A stretch of 64,000 nt of DNA. Source: Malacoraja senta (Eukaryota). Positions 60,720 to 64,000 of the stretch are shown here, piece by piece. Position numbers and translations under genes: made by a program. Every line of letters starts with the position of its first letter. Positions within the stretch are counted from its first letter, which is position 1. The stretch is from contig JAXLNO010000062.1 in NCBI GenBank assembly GCA_038087875.1, positions 310,001 through 374,000 of the forward strand, given 5' to 3'. Below the pieces are notes generated by a model. The model was not told where the DNA came from and made no database searches. It worked only from the letters and a program-made list of their open reading frames with translations.

Positions 60720-62052
60720 GATTAGGAACAGTCAACATGGATTTGTGCCTGGAAGGTCATGTTTGACTAATCTTGAATTTTTTGAAAAGATTACTGGGGA
60801 AATTGATGAGGGTAAAGCAGTGGATGTTGTCTATATGGACTTCAGTAAGGCCTTTGACAAGGTTCCTCATGGAGGGTTGGTTAAGAAAGTTCAATTGTTG
60901 GGTATTAATGGTGGAGTAGCAAGTTGGATTCAACAGTGGCTGAATGGGAGATGCCAGGGAGTAATGGTGGATGGCTGTTTGTCAGGTTGGAGGCCGGTGA
61001 CTAGTGGGGTGCCTCAGGGGTCTGTGTTGGGTCCACTGTTGTTTGTCATGTACATCAATGATCTGGATGGTGGTGTGGTAAATTGGATTAGTAAGTATGC
61101 AGATGATACTAAGATAGATGGTGTGGTGGATATTGAAGTAGATTTTCAAAGTCTACAGAGAGATTTAGGGCATTTGGAAGAGTGGGCTCAAAGATGGCAG
61201 ATGGAGTTTAATGCTGATAAATGTGAGGTACTACATCTCGGCAGGACAAATCAAAATAGGACGTACATGGTAAATGGTAGAGAATTGAGGAATGCAGTTG
61301 AACAGAGGGATCTAGGAATAACTGTGCATAGTTCCCTGAAGGTGGAATCTCATGTAGATAGGGTGGTAAAGAAAGCTTTTGGGGTGCTGGCCTTTATAAA
61401 TCAGAGCATTGAATATAGAAGTTGGGATGTAATGTTAAAATTGTACAAGGCATTGGTGAGGCCAATTCTGGAGTATGGAGTACAATTTTGGTCGCCTAAT
61501 TATAGGAAGGATGTCAACAAAATAGAGAGAGTACAGAGGAGATTTACTAGAATGTTGCCTGGGTTTCAGCAACTAAGTTACAGAGAAAGGTTGAACAAGT
61601 TAGGTCTTTATTCTTTGGAGCGCAGAAGGTTAAGAGGGGACTTGATAGAGGTCTTTAAAATTATGAGCGGGTTAGACAGAGTTGACGTGGATAAGCTTTT
61701 TCCATTGAGAGTAGGGAAGATTCAAACAAGGGGACATGACTTGAGAATTAAGGGTCAGAAGTTTAGGGGTAACATTAGGGGGAACTTCTTTACTCAGAGA
61801 GTGGTAGCTGTGTGGAATGAGCTTCCAGTGGAAGTGGTGGAGGCTGGTTCGATTTTATCCTTTAAAAATAGATTGGATGGGTATATGGACGGGAAAGGAA
61901 TGGAGGGTTATGGTCTGAGTGCAGGTAGATGGGACTAGGGGGAAGTATTTATTTAATTTAAAAAATAAAAAAAATAAAAAAAATGCTCGGCACGGACTTG
62001 AAGGGCCGAGATGGCCTGTTTCCGTGCTGTAATGGTTATATGGTTATATGGT
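60720..62052 (+). mobile_element. CR1 LINE 5'-truncated, RT frame open to its natural stop
   Basis: 413-aa ORF 60697-61938 with QHGF, YMDFSKAFDKVPH, KYADDTK and SAGRWD*; (TATATGGT)n tail. Confidence 0.94.
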
Positions 62053-62496
62053 ATAGAGGGATATGGGCCAAACGCGGGCAAATGGGACTAGCTTAGATGG
62101 GGCATCTTGGTCAGTGTGGGCAAGTTGGGTTGTGTTGATAAAGTGATGCAACATTGGAGGGGCTGTTCAAGGCTGCATCTGCTGTCAGGATAAGATAGAA
62201 GATCCCAAGGTATTTTTTCAATGAAACAAAGCTGGGTGGCAGTGTGAGCTGCGACGATGAAGCTAGGAGGCTGCAGGGTGACTTGGATAGGTTTGGTGAG
62301 TGGGCAGATTCAGTATAATGTGGAGAAATGTGAGGTTATCCACTTTGGTAGCAAGAACAAGAAGGCACATTATTATGTGAATGGTAGACCAGCATTTTTA
62401 AACCAACATCTGAAGTTCTTTCCTACACATTATCTGAATGGTGTCAGATTAGGAACAGGGGAGATGCAATGAGATCTGGGTGTCCTTGAACATCAG

Positions 62497-63965
62497 TCCC
62501 TCAGCCAATGTAGAGTCCCGCAGTGTTTTAAAGCATCCATTATCATCCCTGTGCCCAAGTCCTCCAAGGTGAGCTGTCTGAACGATTTTAGACCTGTTGC
62601 ACTAACATCAGTTGCCATGAAGGCCTTTGAGCACATTGTCCTCACCCATCTGAAAACATACACTGTCCCCATCATGGACCCTTTTCAATTTGCATACAGC
62701 GCCAACCGGTCTGTGGAGGATGCTATCAACCTAGCTCTTCACTACTCCTACATCATTTGGAATCACCGAACACTTATGCACGCATCCTGTTTATAGATTT
62801 TAGCTCGGCCTTTAATACTATACACCCAATTAAACTCTACAATAAACTGTTGGACATGGGCATTCACCTAGCCATGTGCCATTGGATTTTACATTTTCTG
62901 ACAAACAGACAACAAAGAGTCAAGGTGGGTGAAAAACTCTCCAGCCCTCTGACTCTCAATACAGGAGCCCCTCAAGGGTGCGTTCTGTCACCTCAGCTCT
63001 TCTCACTTTACACCAACAACCTCACATCCCAATGCAGCTCAGTTAAATTTTTCAAATATGCAGACGACACGACAATAATTGGCCTCATCTCAGACAACAA
63101 TGAATCACAATACCATCAAACAGTGGACAGCGCAGTCAAATGGTGCGCAGAAAACAACCTCCAGCTTAACACCTCAAAAACCTTAGAAACCATCATAGAT
63201 TTCAGACGCAAACAAAACCTCAAACCCCCGGTCCATGTCAACTCCCATCCCATAACCTCCACAAACTTATTTAAGTTTCTGGGCACCTATATCTGCAATA
63301 ATCTAAAATGGCACATCAATGCTGACCACATCATTAAGAAAGGACAACAACGCCTATACTTCCTCAGACAGCTCAAGAAGTTCAGAGTCCACAAACACCT
63401 CCTGGTACGCTTCTATCAATCCATCATTGAAAGCATCATCACTTCCTCAATCACAGTCTGGTACGGAAACACTGACAGTCATTCACTACACAGAATACAG
63501 CGCATTGTCTCCAAGGCCTCTTGGATCATCAACTCTCCCCTCCCCTCAATCCATTCGATTTACCACCAACGTACCTCAAAATGGGCAACAAATATCATCT
63601 CGGACCCCTCCCATCCAGCAAACCACCTTTTCCAGTCTCTCCCTTCAGGGAGGCGCCTTAGGTCACTTGCTACAAAATCCACCCGTTTTAAAAACAGTTT
63701 CTTCCCCTCAGCAATAAGAACACTTAATTCCCTCCAATAACTTTTTGACTTTGATGTATACAGTGTCTTGTCTATGGTTTTTGTCTGTTCTTTTGCACTA
63801 TGTATTGTTGGTGAGATTTGTGATTTGTGATGTGCTTTATTATTATGATCTGTGTTGTTATTAGTGTTAATGTGCTAAAGCAGTGTACCATCATGTACCG
63901 AACCCAATTACCACCTACCCTGGTCGTGTGGCAAATAAAGTTTCTATCTATCTATCTATCTATCT
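62497..63965 (+). mobile_element. Rex1/Babar LINE, 5'-truncated, with (CTAT)n tail, inserted in a CR1 fragment (62225-62496, resuming at 63966)
   Basis: NDFRPVALTS, DPFQFAY, LFIDFSSAFNTI, GAPQGCVLSP, KYADDTT, RFKNSFFP. AATAAA then (CTAT)n. Confidence 0.93.
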
Positions 63966-64000
63966 AAGCATGCAGGTACAGCAGGCAGTGTAAAAAGCAA

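Overview
This is vertebrate genomic DNA, most likely from a cartilaginous fish (probably a skate or ray). That inference rests on dense HE1-like V-SINEs with (TAAAC)n tails, CR1 LINEs and Penelope tails. The one host gene is an intron-containing SUN2-like (LINC-complex inner nuclear membrane protein) locus on the + strand, about 4248-43350. I could rebuild 14 coding exons with good confidence plus a degraded last exon, in SUN2 order and with mostly matching splice phases. It carries many independent lesions: frameshifts, nonsense codons, a probable dead splice donor and no intact transmembrane exon. It therefore reads as an unprocessed pseudogene. The rest of the window is mostly transposable elements: many CR1 copies (one nearly full length), Rex1/Babar, an L1-clade LINE, Penelope elements with minimal hammerhead-ribozyme motifs, a non-autonomous Helitron holding a 48-bp minisatellite, and the 3' half of a class I (epsilon/gamma-like) endogenous retrovirus (ERV) with pol, a possible accessory ORF, env and a 3' LTR. 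Most short ORFs in the track are antisense or alternative-frame shadows of these repeats. All alignments were made by eye, so repeat boundaries are approximate.
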